From Candidatus Rokuibacteriota bacterium (lineage in GTDB: Bacteria; Methylomirabilota; Methylomirabilia; Rokubacteriales; CSP1-6), in contig QHRW01000118.1 of NCBI GenBank assembly GCA_003220265.1, positions 23,186 through 87,185 of the forward strand: a stretch of DNA of 64,000 nt. The letters are read 5' to 3'. The notes below the pieces were generated by a model. It saw only the letters and a program-made list of their open reading frames with translations. It made no database searches and had not been told where the DNA came from. The position numbers and the translations under genes are program-made. Shown piece by piece: positions 19,800 through 28,831 of the stretch. Every line of letters starts with the position of its first letter. Positions within the stretch are counted from its first letter, which is position 1.

Positions 19800-21359
19800 T
19801 CAGGCGTCCATCCGGCGCTCTTCGAGATCGAGCTCGCGCTCGAGATCGCGCAGCGTCTCCTCGTCGACCTCCCCCTGGGCGCGAAGCCGCAGCAGCGCCT
19901 CGCGCTCCGAGTCGATCACCGTCCGGCGGATCTCCCGGTGCTCGATGAGCTCCCGGTCCCCGCCGTCGCCGGAGGGGTCGCGCTGGCGCTCGACGTGCTC
20001 GGAGCGGTGCCGGTAGGTCTCGCGCAGCTGGTCCAGCAGCGGGCGATGGCCCGGCCACACCGGGTACAGCTCGTCGATGCGCCGCGTGGCCGCCTCGAGC
20101 AGCTTCTGTCGTGCGAGCGCTTCCTCCTCGCGGGCGCCGGCGTCCTTGCCGAGGCCCAGCGTGCGGATGAGCGAGGGCAGCGTCAGCCCCTGCCCGACCA
20201 GCGTGAGGACGATGACCGTGAGCGTCACGACGACCAGCGCCTCGCGCGCCGGGAACGGCGCGCCGTCGGCCACCGTCAGCGGCAGCGCGAGCGCGGCGGC
20301 GAGCGAGACGACGCCGCGCATCCCGGCCCAGGACAGCACCAGCGAGCACGCAAAGGCGTCCGGCCGGCCGCCCAGGCGCTGGGGCAGGAAGACCGTGCTG
20401 AAGATCCACAACGCCCGCACGAGGACGAGCGCCAGCGTCACCGCGACTCCGATGCCGACGAGTCCGGCCGCCTGCCGCAGCGTGAGCGCGCGCATCAGCA
20501 GCGGCACCTCGAGCCCCATCACGATGAAGACGAACCCGTTGAGGAGAAAAGTGATCGTGTCCCACACGGCGCGCCCGGTCAGCCGCGCGTCCGCGCCCAT
20601 GATGTGCGAGCCGCGATGGCCCATGTAGAGGCCGGCCGCCACGGTGGCGATCACGCCGGAGGCCCCGAGCCGGTCGGCGGGCAGGAACGCCGCGAACGGC
20701 GTGAGCAGCGAGATCGTCATCTCCACCGGCGTGTCCTCGAGGCGCGCCCGGATGCGGGCAATGACCCAGCCCACGGCGACGCCGATGGCCGCGCCGCCCA
20801 GCATCGCGCCGGCGAAGGTGACGACCGCCGTGGTCGGCGAAAACGCCCGCCCGGCCGCGACGGCAAGGGCGATGCGGTAGATCGTCAGCGCGGTGGCGTC
20901 GTTCAGGAGGCTCTCGCCGTCGAGGATCGTCACGATCTGCCGCGGGACGGTCAGGCGCCGGATGATCGCGGTGGCCGCGATCGCGTCCGGCGGCGCCACG
21001 ATGGCGCCCAGCGCGAAGGCCACCGACCACGGCAGGCCCGGGATGAGCGCGTGGGCCACGACGGCCGCCGCCACCGCGGAGGCGATGACCAGCCCGACGG
21101 AGAGCGAGCTGATCGTGCCCACGTTGGCGTGCAGGCTCCGGACGGGCGTGAAGTACGCCGCGATATAGAGCAGCGGCGGAAGGACGATGAGAAAGAGGAC
21201 GTCGGGGTCGACGTGGATCCGGGGCACACCGGGCACGAGGCCGAGGACCAGCCCGCCGATGACGAGGAAGATCGGGTAGGCGACTCCGAGGGCGCGGGCG
21301 ACGGTGACGAGGGCCGCCACGGCGATGAGCAGGCCCAGGACGAGCTCGGCTTCGTGCAC
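19800..21359 (-). CDS. Na+/H+ antiporter, CPA1 family
   Basis: LPPLLY, APPDAIA, GESLLNDA, WAGMRGVVSLAAAL. Confidence 0.93.
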   Translation of the reverse strand: MHEAELVLGLLIAVAALVTVARALGVAYPIFLVIGGLVLGLVPGVPRIHVDPDVLFLIVLPPLLYIAAYFTPVRSLHANVGTISSLSVGLVIASAVAAAVVAHALIPGLPWSVAFALGAIVAPPDAIAATAIIRRLTVPRQIVTILDGESLLNDATALTIYRIALAVAAGRAFSPTTAVVTFAGAMLGGAAIGVAVGWVIARIRARLEDTPVEMTISLLTPFAAFLPADRLGASGVIATVAAGLYMGHRGSHIMGADARLTGRAVWDTITFLLNGFVFIVMGLEVPLLMRALTLRQAAGLVGIGVAVTLALVLVRALWIFSTVFLPQRLGGRPDAFACSLVLSWAGMRGVVSLAAALALPLTVADGAPFPAREALVVVTLTVIVLTLVGQGLTLPSLIRTLGLGKDAGAREEEALARQKLLEAATRRIDELYPVWPGHRPLLDQLRETYRHRSEHVERQRDPSGDGGDRELIEHREIRRTVIDSEREALLRLRAQGEVDEETLRDLERELDLEERRMDA

Positions 21360-21477
21360 GCTATGCCCCCCGGGCCATCGTCATCACGCCAGAAGTGTAG
21401 CGAACGCCCGGGCGTCGAGACGGCCGTATCCAAAGCGCGGCATTGTCGAATCGCCCGGCCTGATCTATCCCTGCGTC

Positions 21478-21846
21478 GTGAGCCAGGCGCGACAGAGGCT
21501 GGGGGCCACAGCGGAGGCCAGCGCGGCGGTGGCGCTCGAGCGCGCCGGCCTGCGCGTGGTCGAGCGCAACGTCCGCTTTCGCGCGGGCGAGATCGACCTC
21601 GTGTGCCGCGAGGGCGACGTGCTGGTCTTCGTCGAGGTCAAGTGCCGGCGCGCGACGTGGGGCGACGCGCCGGCCGCGGCCGTCTCCTGGCACAAGCAGC
21701 GCCGCCTCACCCAGCTCGCCCAGCTCTATCTCAAGTGGCGGGGGCTGGACGGCGTGCGGTGCCGGTTCGACGTCGTCTCCGTCACGCTCGACGCCCGCGG
21801 CGTCTTCGACGTCCGCCACGTGCGGGCGGCGTTCGACGCGGTGTAG
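21478..21846 (+). CDS. yraN: YraN (UPF0102) family nuclease-like protein
   Basis: From GTG 21478: ERNVRFRAGEIDLV, VFVEVK, RFDVV. Confidence 0.9.
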   Translation: MSQARQRLGATAEASAAVALERAGLRVVERNVRFRAGEIDLVCREGDVLVFVEVKCRRATWGDAPAAAVSWHKQRRLTQLAQLYLKWRGLDGVRCRFDVVSVTLDARGVFDVRHVRAAFDAV

Positions 21847-21889
21847 CCCGACTTGACGACGGGGACGGCCACGCCCATCCTCGTCGCCG

Positions 21890-22783
21890 ATGACTCGCGA
21901 GCTGGCGTTCGTGCAGGTCGACGTGTTCACCGAGCGCGTCTTCAACGGCAACCCGCTCGCCGTCTTCCTCGACGGGCGCGGGCTCGACGACGGCGAGATG
22001 CAGGCCATCGCGCGCGAGATGAATCTGTCGGAGACGACCTTCGTGCTGCCCACCACGCGCGCCGACTGTGCGGCGCGCGTGCGCATCTTCACGCCGGGGC
22101 GCGAGGTGCCCTTTGCCGGCCATCCCACGGTGGGCACCACGTGGGTGCTGGCCACGCGCGGGCTGCTGGGCGGCGCCGACCGCGTGGCACTCGAGGAAGG
22201 CATCGGGCCCGTGACCGTCGAGCTCGAGGGTGACCCGGCGCGGCCGACCTTCGTGTGGATGCTCCATCGCGACGCCGAGTTCGGGCCCGAAGTCACCAAC
22301 CGCGACGGTGTGGCCGCCGCTCTCGGCCTGCGCACGCCCGAGCTGCAGCCGGGCGCGCCGATCCGCGTCGGCTCCACCGGCTCGCCCTTCCTCTACGTCC
22401 CGCTGCGCGACCGCACCGCGGTCGATCGCGCGGCGCTCGACGTTACCGCCATGCGTCGCGCCGCCGGCGATCCCCTCCCCGGCGTGTTCGTGTTCTGCGC
22501 CGAGGACACCGGCGCCTACTCGCGCATGTTCGCGCCGCACACCTCGCGCATCGCCGAAGATCCGGCGACGGGCTCCGCCAGCGGGCCGCTCGGCGCCTAT
22601 CTCGTGCTGCACGGTCTCGTGACGGGTGGCGGCGCCGTGCACCTCGTCAGCGAGCAGGGCACGCAGATGGGCCGGCGCAGCCTGGTGCACATGCGCCTGC
22701 GCGGCGACGCGCGCGGCGTCACCGACATCGGCGTGGGCGGCTCCGTGGTGCCGGTGCTGGAGGGACGGCTCACGATGCCCTGA
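21890..22783 (+). CDS. PhzF family isomerase/epimerase
   Basis: VDVFT, GNP, SETTF, EVPFAGHPT, EDPATGSA, EQG motifs. Confidence 0.92.
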   Translation: MTRELAFVQVDVFTERVFNGNPLAVFLDGRGLDDGEMQAIAREMNLSETTFVLPTTRADCAARVRIFTPGREVPFAGHPTVGTTWVLATRGLLGGADRVALEEGIGPVTVELEGDPARPTFVWMLHRDAEFGPEVTNRDGVAAALGLRTPELQPGAPIRVGSTGSPFLYVPLRDRTAVDRAALDVTAMRRAAGDPLPGVFVFCAEDTGAYSRMFAPHTSRIAEDPATGSASGPLGAYLVLHGLVTGGGAVHLVSEQGTQMGRRSLVHMRLRGDARGVTDIGVGGSVVPVLEGRLTMP

Positions 22784-22800
22784 GGTACAATCCGGTCCCT

Positions 22801-23847
22801 ATGGCGGTCCTCTGGGACGCATATCGCACCGCGCTGCCCTCCATCGCCGCCGCCGTCGGACGCACGCCGCTCGTGAAGCTCAATCGCGTGACGTCCGGCG
22901 CCCGTCCCGCCGTCTATCTGAAGATCGAGTGGTTCGGTCCGAGCGGCAGCCTCAAGGACCGGATCTACCTGTGGATGTTCGAGCGCGCCGAGGCGCGCGG
23001 GGATCTCAAGCCCGGGATGCGCGTGCTGGAATGCTCGACGGGCAACGCCGGCATCGCGTGCGCGTTCGTGGCGGCGGTGAAGGGCTACCCGTGCACGATC
23101 GTGATGCCCGAGGGCATGAGCGAGGAGCGCAAGAAGATCACGCGCGCGTACGGCGCCGATCTCGTCTTCACGCCCGGCGGCGAGAGCGACGTGGACCTCT
23201 CGCTCGAGCGCCTCGCCAGCATCCGTCGCGGCGACCCGGCCCGCTACTGGGTGCCCGGCCAGTTCGACAACGCCGACAACATCGAGGCGCACTACCGCAC
23301 GACGGGGCCGGAGCTGTGGGAGCAGGCCGGGGGCGTCATCGGCGCCTTCGTCGCCTCGCAGGGCAGCGGCGGCACCCTGACGGGCGTCGGCAAGTTCCTG
23401 CGCGAGCGCGACCCGCGCGTGCGGCTCTACGCCGTCGAGCCGGAGGAGTGCGCGTTGCTGGCGCGGCGCGAGTGGGGGCCGCACGGCATCGAGGGCATCG
23501 GCGACGGCTTCATCCCGGACAACCTCGACGTCTCCCAGCTCTCCGGGATCATCACCATCACCACCGACGAGAGCCTCATGATGGCGCGCCGCCTGGCCGC
23601 CGAGGAGGGCATCTTCTGCGGCATCTCCACGGGCTGCAACGTGGCCGCCGCGCTCAAGCTGGCCGCCCGCCACCCCGAGCTGCCGTCGATCGTGACGATG
23701 GCCAACGACACCGGGCAGCGCTATTTCACCACGGCGCTGTGCGGCGAGGACAAGAAGGTGGACGTGCCCGAGCGCGAGCACCCGATGGATCCCAAGACGC
23801 AGCGCGATCTCGATCGCTACCAGTCGGCCTGGGAGATCCTGACCTGA
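22801..23847 (+). CDS. PLP-dependent cysteine synthase (CysK/CBS-like) family protein
   Basis: VGRTPLVKL, SGSLKDR (PLP Lys), STGNAG, QGSGGTLTG, IEGIG, GISTG. Confidence 0.9.
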   Translation: MAVLWDAYRTALPSIAAAVGRTPLVKLNRVTSGARPAVYLKIEWFGPSGSLKDRIYLWMFERAEARGDLKPGMRVLECSTGNAGIACAFVAAVKGYPCTIVMPEGMSEERKKITRAYGADLVFTPGGESDVDLSLERLASIRRGDPARYWVPGQFDNADNIEAHYRTTGPELWEQAGGVIGAFVASQGSGGTLTGVGKFLRERDPRVRLYAVEPEECALLARREWGPHGIEGIGDGFIPDNLDVSQLSGIITITTDESLMMARRLAAEEGIFCGISTGCNVAAALKLAARHPELPSIVTMANDTGQRYFTTALCGEDKKVDVPEREHPMDPKTQRDLDRYQSAWEILT

Positions 23848-24809
23848 GGCCGGCCGAGTACGACTTCGTCGCCGCCCGCCGGCGCCTGGAAGCCAAGCCG
23901 AAATCCGCCGGGGAGAAGCTCACCACGCTGGAGGACGCCGCGAGTCGCGTGAAGGACGGCGACTCGGTCGTGGCCGGCGGCTGCCTCTTCTCCCGCACGC
24001 CGCTGGCCCTCGTGCGCGAGATCCTGCGCCAGCGGCGCACGGGCCTCACGCTCTGCCGCAACCTCATGTGCACCGAGGGCGAGCTGATGATGGCCGCCGG
24101 CGCCGTCGAGCGCGTGGTGACGGCGTGGATGTCGATCGGCCTGCCGTGGGGCGTGTCGAAGGTCATGCGGCATTACGTCGAGAGCGGTAAGGTCGCGCTC
24201 GAAGAGTGGAGCCACCTCGCGTTCGGCCTGCGCTTTCGCGCGGCCGGCATGGGTGTGCCGTTTCTGCCCGCGTTGACCATGCTCGGCTCCGACCTCATGG
24301 GCGTGGGCGGGATGAAGACGCTGGAGGATCCCTACACCGGGCGCACGCTGGCCGCCGTGCCCGCGCTCTTCCCCGACGTGGCGCTGCTGCACGTGAGCCG
24401 CGCGGATCGCTTCGGCAACTGCCAGATCGACGGCTATCCGCACATGGACGCCGACATGGCCAGGGCGGCCACGACCGTCCTGGTGACGACCGAGGAACTG
24501 GTCACCGAGGAGGAGATCCGGCGGCGCCCCGATCGCACGGTCATCCCGGGATTCCTGGTGGACGCGCTCGTGCTGCAGCCCTTCGGCGCGTATCCACACG
24601 AGGTGTGGGGACGCTACCACGCCGACTTCGAGCACTTCGCCGAGTACACGGCCGACATCGACGCCCGCGGCGTCACGACGGCGGTGGCCGACTATCTCGC
24701 GCGCTACGTCCACGCACCGGCGACGTGGGACGAGTACCTGGAGCTGTTCGGCGGCGAGCGTCTCAAGCGCGCGCAGGACGCCGCTAGGGAGCTCGTGCCG
24801 GGAGCATGA
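23844..24809 (+). CDS. CoA-transferase subunit A (glutaconate CoA-transferase GctA-like), probable CTG start
   Basis: VKDGDSVVAGG, EEWSH, LGSDL, PDVALLHV, ADRFGN; the CTG overlaps the upstream stop and follows GGGAGA. Confidence 0.85.
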   Translation: MRPAEYDFVAARRRLEAKPKSAGEKLTTLEDAASRVKDGDSVVAGGCLFSRTPLALVREILRQRRTGLTLCRNLMCTEGELMMAAGAVERVVTAWMSIGLPWGVSKVMRHYVESGKVALEEWSHLAFGLRFRAAGMGVPFLPALTMLGSDLMGVGGMKTLEDPYTGRTLAAVPALFPDVALLHVSRADRFGNCQIDGYPHMDADMARAATTVLVTTEELVTEEEIRRRPDRTVIPGFLVDALVLQPFGAYPHEVWGRYHADFEHFAEYTADIDARGVTTAVADYLARYVHAPATWDEYLELFGGERLKRAQDAARELVPGA

Positions 24810-25612
24810 GCACCACGCCGTCCGAGCTGCTCGCCGTCATGGGCTCGCGCGAGCTCAAGGACGACACGACGGTGTTCGCCGGCGTCGGCGTGCCCTTGCT
24901 GGCCGCCGCGCTCGCGCAGCAGCGGCACGCGCCGAAGCTGACGATGGTGATCGAGGGCGGGATCATCGGGCCGCAGATCAAGCCCGGGCGGTTGCCGATC
25001 TCCACCAACGAGATGCGCGCGGCCCATCGCGCCCAGATGCTGCCGGGCATCACCGACACGTTCTTGTTCGCCCAGCGCGGCTTCCTCGACTACGGCTTCA
25101 TGGGCGGCGCGCAGATCGACCAGCACGGCAACATCAACACGAGCGTCGTGGGTGGCGACTACTGGAAGCCGAAGGTGCGGCTGCCGGGCACCGGCGGCGC
25201 CAATGACATCGCGTCGCTCTGCAAGGAAGTCATCATCCTCACGGCCCACGAGAAGCGCCGCTTCGTGCAGAAAGTGGACTTCGTCACCAGCCCGGCCTGG
25301 CTCGACGGCGACGGCAGCCGCGAGCGCGCCGGCCTGCTCTTCGGCGGCGTCTCCCGCGTGGTGACGACGCTCGGCATCCTGGGCTTCGATCCCGAGCACA
25401 AGCGCATGCGGCTGGACGCCGTGCACCCCGGCGTGACCGTCGAGCAGGTGCGCGAGAACACCGGCTTCGAGCTGCTGCTGGCCTCGCAGGTCGCCACCAC
25501 GACGCCGCCGACCGACGACGAGCTCACGATGCTGCGCGCTCTCGACCCCGAGCGACGCTTCCTGGGAGGGGAAGGGGGGAACCCTTCTAGGGTCCCCCCT
25601 CCCAAGAGATAA
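24806..25612 (+). CDS. CoA-transferase subunit B (GctB-like)
   Basis: GGAQIDQHGNIN, GTGGANDI, FVQKVDFVT. Confidence 0.88.
   Translation: MSTTPSELLAVMGSRELKDDTTVFAGVGVPLLAAALAQQRHAPKLTMVIEGGIIGPQIKPGRLPISTNEMRAAHRAQMLPGITDTFLFAQRGFLDYGFMGGAQIDQHGNINTSVVGGDYWKPKVRLPGTGGANDIASLCKEVIILTAHEKRRFVQKVDFVTSPAWLDGDGSRERAGLLFGGVSRVVTTLGILGFDPEHKRMRLDAVHPGVTVEQVRENTGFELLLASQVATTTPPTDDELTMLRALDPERRFLGGEGGNPSRVPPPKR
25564..25603 (+). repeat. G/C-run palindrome (REP-like) absorbed into the 3' end of the CoA-transferase B gene
   Basis: GGGGGGAACCC-TTCTA-GGGTCCCCCC hairpin preceded by a G-run. Confidence 0.45.
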
Positions 25613-25619
25613 CCACGTC

Positions 25620-26561
25620 ATGCCTGTCCACTTCGGCCTCGCCATCAAGAACTTCGTCGGCCCCACCGAGACGCCCGACATCGACGAGCTCTACCGCTAC
25701 TCGGCGCGCGCCGAGGCGCTCGGCTTCGAGTCGCTGTGGGCGTGGGATCACGTCATCCTCGGCGTGGAGCCGTCGTTCCCGATCCTCGACGCCGTCGGTA
25801 CGCTCACGGCCATCGCCGCCCGCACGACGACGATCAAGCTGGGCACCGGCGTGCTCGTGCTGCCGCTGCGCAACCCGACCGTGGCCGCCAAAGCCATCGG
25901 CACGCTCGACGTCATCAGCAAGGGCCGCTTGATCCTCGGCGTGGCCGCCGGCTGGTACGCGCGCGAGTTCGACGCCGTCGGCGTGCCCTTCAAGCAGCGC
26001 GGCCGCCTCTTCGAGCGCAACTTCGAGATCCTCACCCGGCTGTGGACGGAGGATCGCGTGACCCTGCAGGCCGACGAGTTCAACCTGCGCGAGGCCGTCA
26101 TGCGTCCGAAGACCGCCCAGCGCCCGCGCCCGCCCATCCTCATCGGCGGCTACGTGGACGCCGTCCTCAAGCGCGTCGCGACCAAGGGCGACGGCTGGCT
26201 GACGTATTTCTACACGCCCGAGTCGTACAAGAAGGGCTGGGAAAAGATCCTCGGCTTCGCACGCGAGGCCGGCCGCGATCCCAAGGCGTTGACCGGCACG
26301 AACCAGCTCGCCATCCTCGTCGGCAAGTCGCGCGCCGAGACCGAGGAGCCCATGCGCAAGTGGCTTCAGACCGAGTGGGATGTGGCCGCGTGGAGCGAGT
26401 CCACCATCGAGCACGCCATCCGCGGCAACGTGAAGGAATGCGTCGAGCAGCTCCGCGCCCACGTGGCCGCGGGCACTCACCGGATCATCCTCATCCCGTA
26501 TCGTTATCAGCCGGAGCAGGTGGAGATCATCGCGAAGGAGATCCTTCCCGCGCTCCGCTGA
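25620..26561 (+). CDS. LLM-class flavin-dependent oxidoreductase
   Basis: AEALGFESLWAWDH, IKLGTGVLVLP, GRLILGVAAGW, PPILIGG. Confidence 0.9.
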   Translation: MPVHFGLAIKNFVGPTETPDIDELYRYSARAEALGFESLWAWDHVILGVEPSFPILDAVGTLTAIAARTTTIKLGTGVLVLPLRNPTVAAKAIGTLDVISKGRLILGVAAGWYAREFDAVGVPFKQRGRLFERNFEILTRLWTEDRVTLQADEFNLREAVMRPKTAQRPRPPILIGGYVDAVLKRVATKGDGWLTYFYTPESYKKGWEKILGFAREAGRDPKALTGTNQLAILVGKSRAETEEPMRKWLQTEWDVAAWSESTIEHAIRGNVKECVEQLRAHVAAGTHRIILIPYRYQPEQVEIIAKEILPALR

Positions 26562-26725
26562 GCCATGGTCTTCGGCGAATATCCGTTCGAGCGGTATTCG
26601 AGGACATGGAACGAGATGTCGTACGACTTCAAGCTCATGTTCGTCTACCACATCGTGGCGACCGCCCCGGCAGTCGTTGAGATTCGGCCAGTGACGAACC
26701 CTTCGACCAATTCGCCAACCAACCG

Positions 26726-26977
26726 TTGGACGGGCAGACCACTTTCGTGAATCGCGAGCGCGTCCCCGATCGACTCGAGCGGCGAATTCGCTTCGGCTGC
26801 GGGTTCGTGGCCGGGAGTATTCTCGGAGTGCTCGGGGCACTGTACCTTTTGGCCGACAATCTGTTTACGTGTGCACTGTTGGGAGCCGGCGTGGCGCTAC
26901 TTTTTGGGATTCTCGCGGTTCGATACGGTGACCGCTTCTGGTACGGGCTTCGTCATCTGCTGTGGTTCTGGTCGTGA
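26726..26977 (+). CDS. Small two-TM membrane protein (cassette-like ORF)
   Basis: Hydrophobic 83-aa ORF ending just before the attC remnant at 26981; alternative GTG at 26747. Confidence 0.55.
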   Translation: MDGQTTFVNRERVPDRLERRIRFGCGFVAGSILGVLGALYLLADNLFTCALLGAGVALLFGILAVRYGDRFWYGLRHLLWFWS

Positions 26978-26980
26978 GTC

Positions 26981-27011
26981 GCACCAACGCCACTGATCGT
27001 GATCGTTAGGC
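26981..27011 (+). other. attC remnant (centre deleted)
   Basis: Right after the stop: ...CCAAC (R''-like), then CACTGATC-GTGATC-GTTAGGC (L'-6 nt-R' core GTTRRRY). Confidence 0.45.
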
Positions 27012-27161
27012 CTCACCAGGGTATGCCCGCGTGTTCGCCAAGTCGCACCGGCCGCGTTCATCTGCGCAAGGACGGCGAAGAAGTCTAGGTTGGCGGCGAC
27101 GTCGTGGACGTGATACGTGGCGAGGTGAATCTCTAGACGTCGGAACGGAATCGGTGACCCG

Positions 27162-28061
27162 ATGCGGGACGGGCGAGCAAGTCGCACGGCGGAACAGAAC
27201 GCGCTCTTTCGCGCGCTCGAGTCGGCGCTTCCCGCGCGCAAGCGGCTCTTCAACGACCCGCTTGCTCGGAGCTTCCTCACGTGGCCACTCTCGCTTGTCG
27301 CTCGCCTGGGGGTTATGCCCGGCCTTCGCGAAATGGTGCCCTGGCTCATCGACAGCCGCTGGCCGGGGGTGCGCTCCTCCGTCGTCGCACGCACAAGGCT
27401 CATCGACGATGCGCTGGCAACCTCACTCGGAGGTCAGATCGACCAGCTCGTCATCCTTGGTGCGGGTTTCGACTCGCGAGCGTATCGTCTTCCCTGCTTG
27501 CACGGCGCCACCGTTTTCGAAGTCGACCATCCGGATACGCAGACCGCCAAACGAAAGGTGCTGGAGTGCATCCTTTCCGTCCCGCCGAAACACGTTCGCT
27601 TCGTCGCCATCGACTTCGACCGGCAGAACCTGGAGTCCGTCATGGCTGCTGCTGGCTACCGCGAGTCGGCGCGCACCTTCATTCTCTGGGAAGGCGTCAC
27701 GAACTATCTGACGGAAGCCGCCGTCGATACCACCCTGCGGTGGTGTTCGCGCGCGGCGGCCGGCAGCCTCCTCCTCTTCACGTACGTCCACCGCGACGTC
27801 TTGACGCGGCCGAGCGAATACATCGGCACCAAGAATCTGTTCGCGTCCCTCGCGAGTGCCGGGGAGAGGCTGACATTCGGGATCGAGCCCAGCCAGCTGC
27901 CCGAGTTCCTGGCGACCCGCGGCCTGTCCCTGGAGAGCGATGTGGGTGCCGCAGAGTATAGGGCGCGCTACTTCAAGGACGCGGCACGTAAGATGCGCGG
28001 GCACGAGTTCTATCGCGTCGCGCTGGCCCGCGTTGGTCCGCCTGACAACAGGCTCGTATGA
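27162..28061 (+). CDS. SAM-dependent methyltransferase, leucine carboxyl methyltransferase (LCM) family
   Basis: ALFRALES, DPLA, ARTRLID, QLVILGAGFDSRAYRL, FEVDHP, WEGVTNYL. Confidence 0.9.
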   Translation: MRDGRASRTAEQNALFRALESALPARKRLFNDPLARSFLTWPLSLVARLGVMPGLREMVPWLIDSRWPGVRSSVVARTRLIDDALATSLGGQIDQLVILGAGFDSRAYRLPCLHGATVFEVDHPDTQTAKRKVLECILSVPPKHVRFVAIDFDRQNLESVMAAAGYRESARTFILWEGVTNYLTEAAVDTTLRWCSRAAAGSLLLFTYVHRDVLTRPSEYIGTKNLFASLASAGERLTFGIEPSQLPEFLATRGLSLESDVGAAEYRARYFKDAARKMRGHEFYRVALARVGPPDNRLV

Positions 28062-28185
28062 CGAACAGAGAGAGCGTGCCTGGCGACGTCGGTCTCGGGA
28101 TCGCCGCCCGCGCGGAGACGTGATGACACCTGACAGGCGCGACGGTCATGCCCGACCCCGGATTTGGCGCATCTGTGTAGATCCG

Positions 28186-28461
28186 ATGATGATGCTGATA
28201 GCAATAAGCCTGTTGGTGGGCCTGGTCGTACCCAACATCCTCCTCCGCCCAACCCGCGCATCGGTAGGTGCACTCGTTCTCATGGTCGCCGGCCTTGCTT
28301 GCCTCGCTATCGCGAAAACTTCGCTCTGGCGGCAGGGCATCTGGACCTCTTGGGGGTCGCGGCGGATGACGAAGAGGTACGCGATCCTGTACAAGTGGGC
28401 GTGGGTGGGAATTGCCAGCGGGCTTTTACTCCTGCTGTTCACATGGCGATTGACGGGCTGA
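28186..28461 (+). CDS. Three-TM small membrane protein (cassette ORF)
   Basis: Hydrophobic C-terminal part of ORF 27940..28461; its TGA stop lies inside the attC R'' box (GGCTGAC). Start uncertain. Confidence 0.6.
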   Translation: MMMLIAISLLVGLVVPNILLRPTRASVGALVLMVAGLACLAIAKTSLWRQGIWTSWGSRRMTKRYAILYKWAWVGIASGLLLLLFTWRLTG

Positions 28462-28523
28462 CTTCTCAGTGCAGCGGACCGGGTCTCGCGTTGCTCGCCC
28501 TCCGGCCGCTGACCGCGCGCGTT
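28456..28523 (+). other. Integron attC recombination site interrupted at its R' core by IS110
   Basis: R'' GGCTGAC-TTCTC-L'' AGT[G]CAGC-GG[A]CCGG ... CCGGCC-L' GCTGACC-GCGCGC-R' GTT. The arms pair with two extrahelical bases and 5/6-nt spacers. Confidence 0.7.
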
Positions 28524-28543
28524 GATATGACTTCCGCTGTCAA

Positions 28544-28831
28544 GCGCCAGGATGGCGCGCGGACCACACCGCGGCTGGCTGCTTGCCTTCATGGTGGGTG
28601 CTCGAGCCACCGGAAGAGACGGAGCCTGTAACTGCGACGGTTGATCATGCTGATATCCGTGGGTTGGGTACCACCTTACTTGTGTCCGTCGCGGCGCCTG
28701 CTTCGCTCTAGGGTCGAGGATCGTGGCCTCGTAACGCGCCCGAAGATTGCGCCGATACCGGGGCCGCACCTCCGCCGATGGCTCGAGTTCCTCATCGATA
28801 TAGTTGCCGGTCAGTTCCAGAGTCTCTGTCG
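28544..28831 (-). ncRNA. Putative bridge/seek RNA of the IS1111-type element
   Basis: Non-coding region 3' of the transposase. It contains GCGCGTTA (matches the reconstructed target) 5' of GATATCAG (matches the circle junction). RNA boundaries are unknown. Confidence 0.55.

Noticed and set aside
26565-26750. 61-aa ORF at the island's left edge
   Set aside because: It looks like a fragment running into an attC-like remnant; there is no RBS or motif to support a functional gene.
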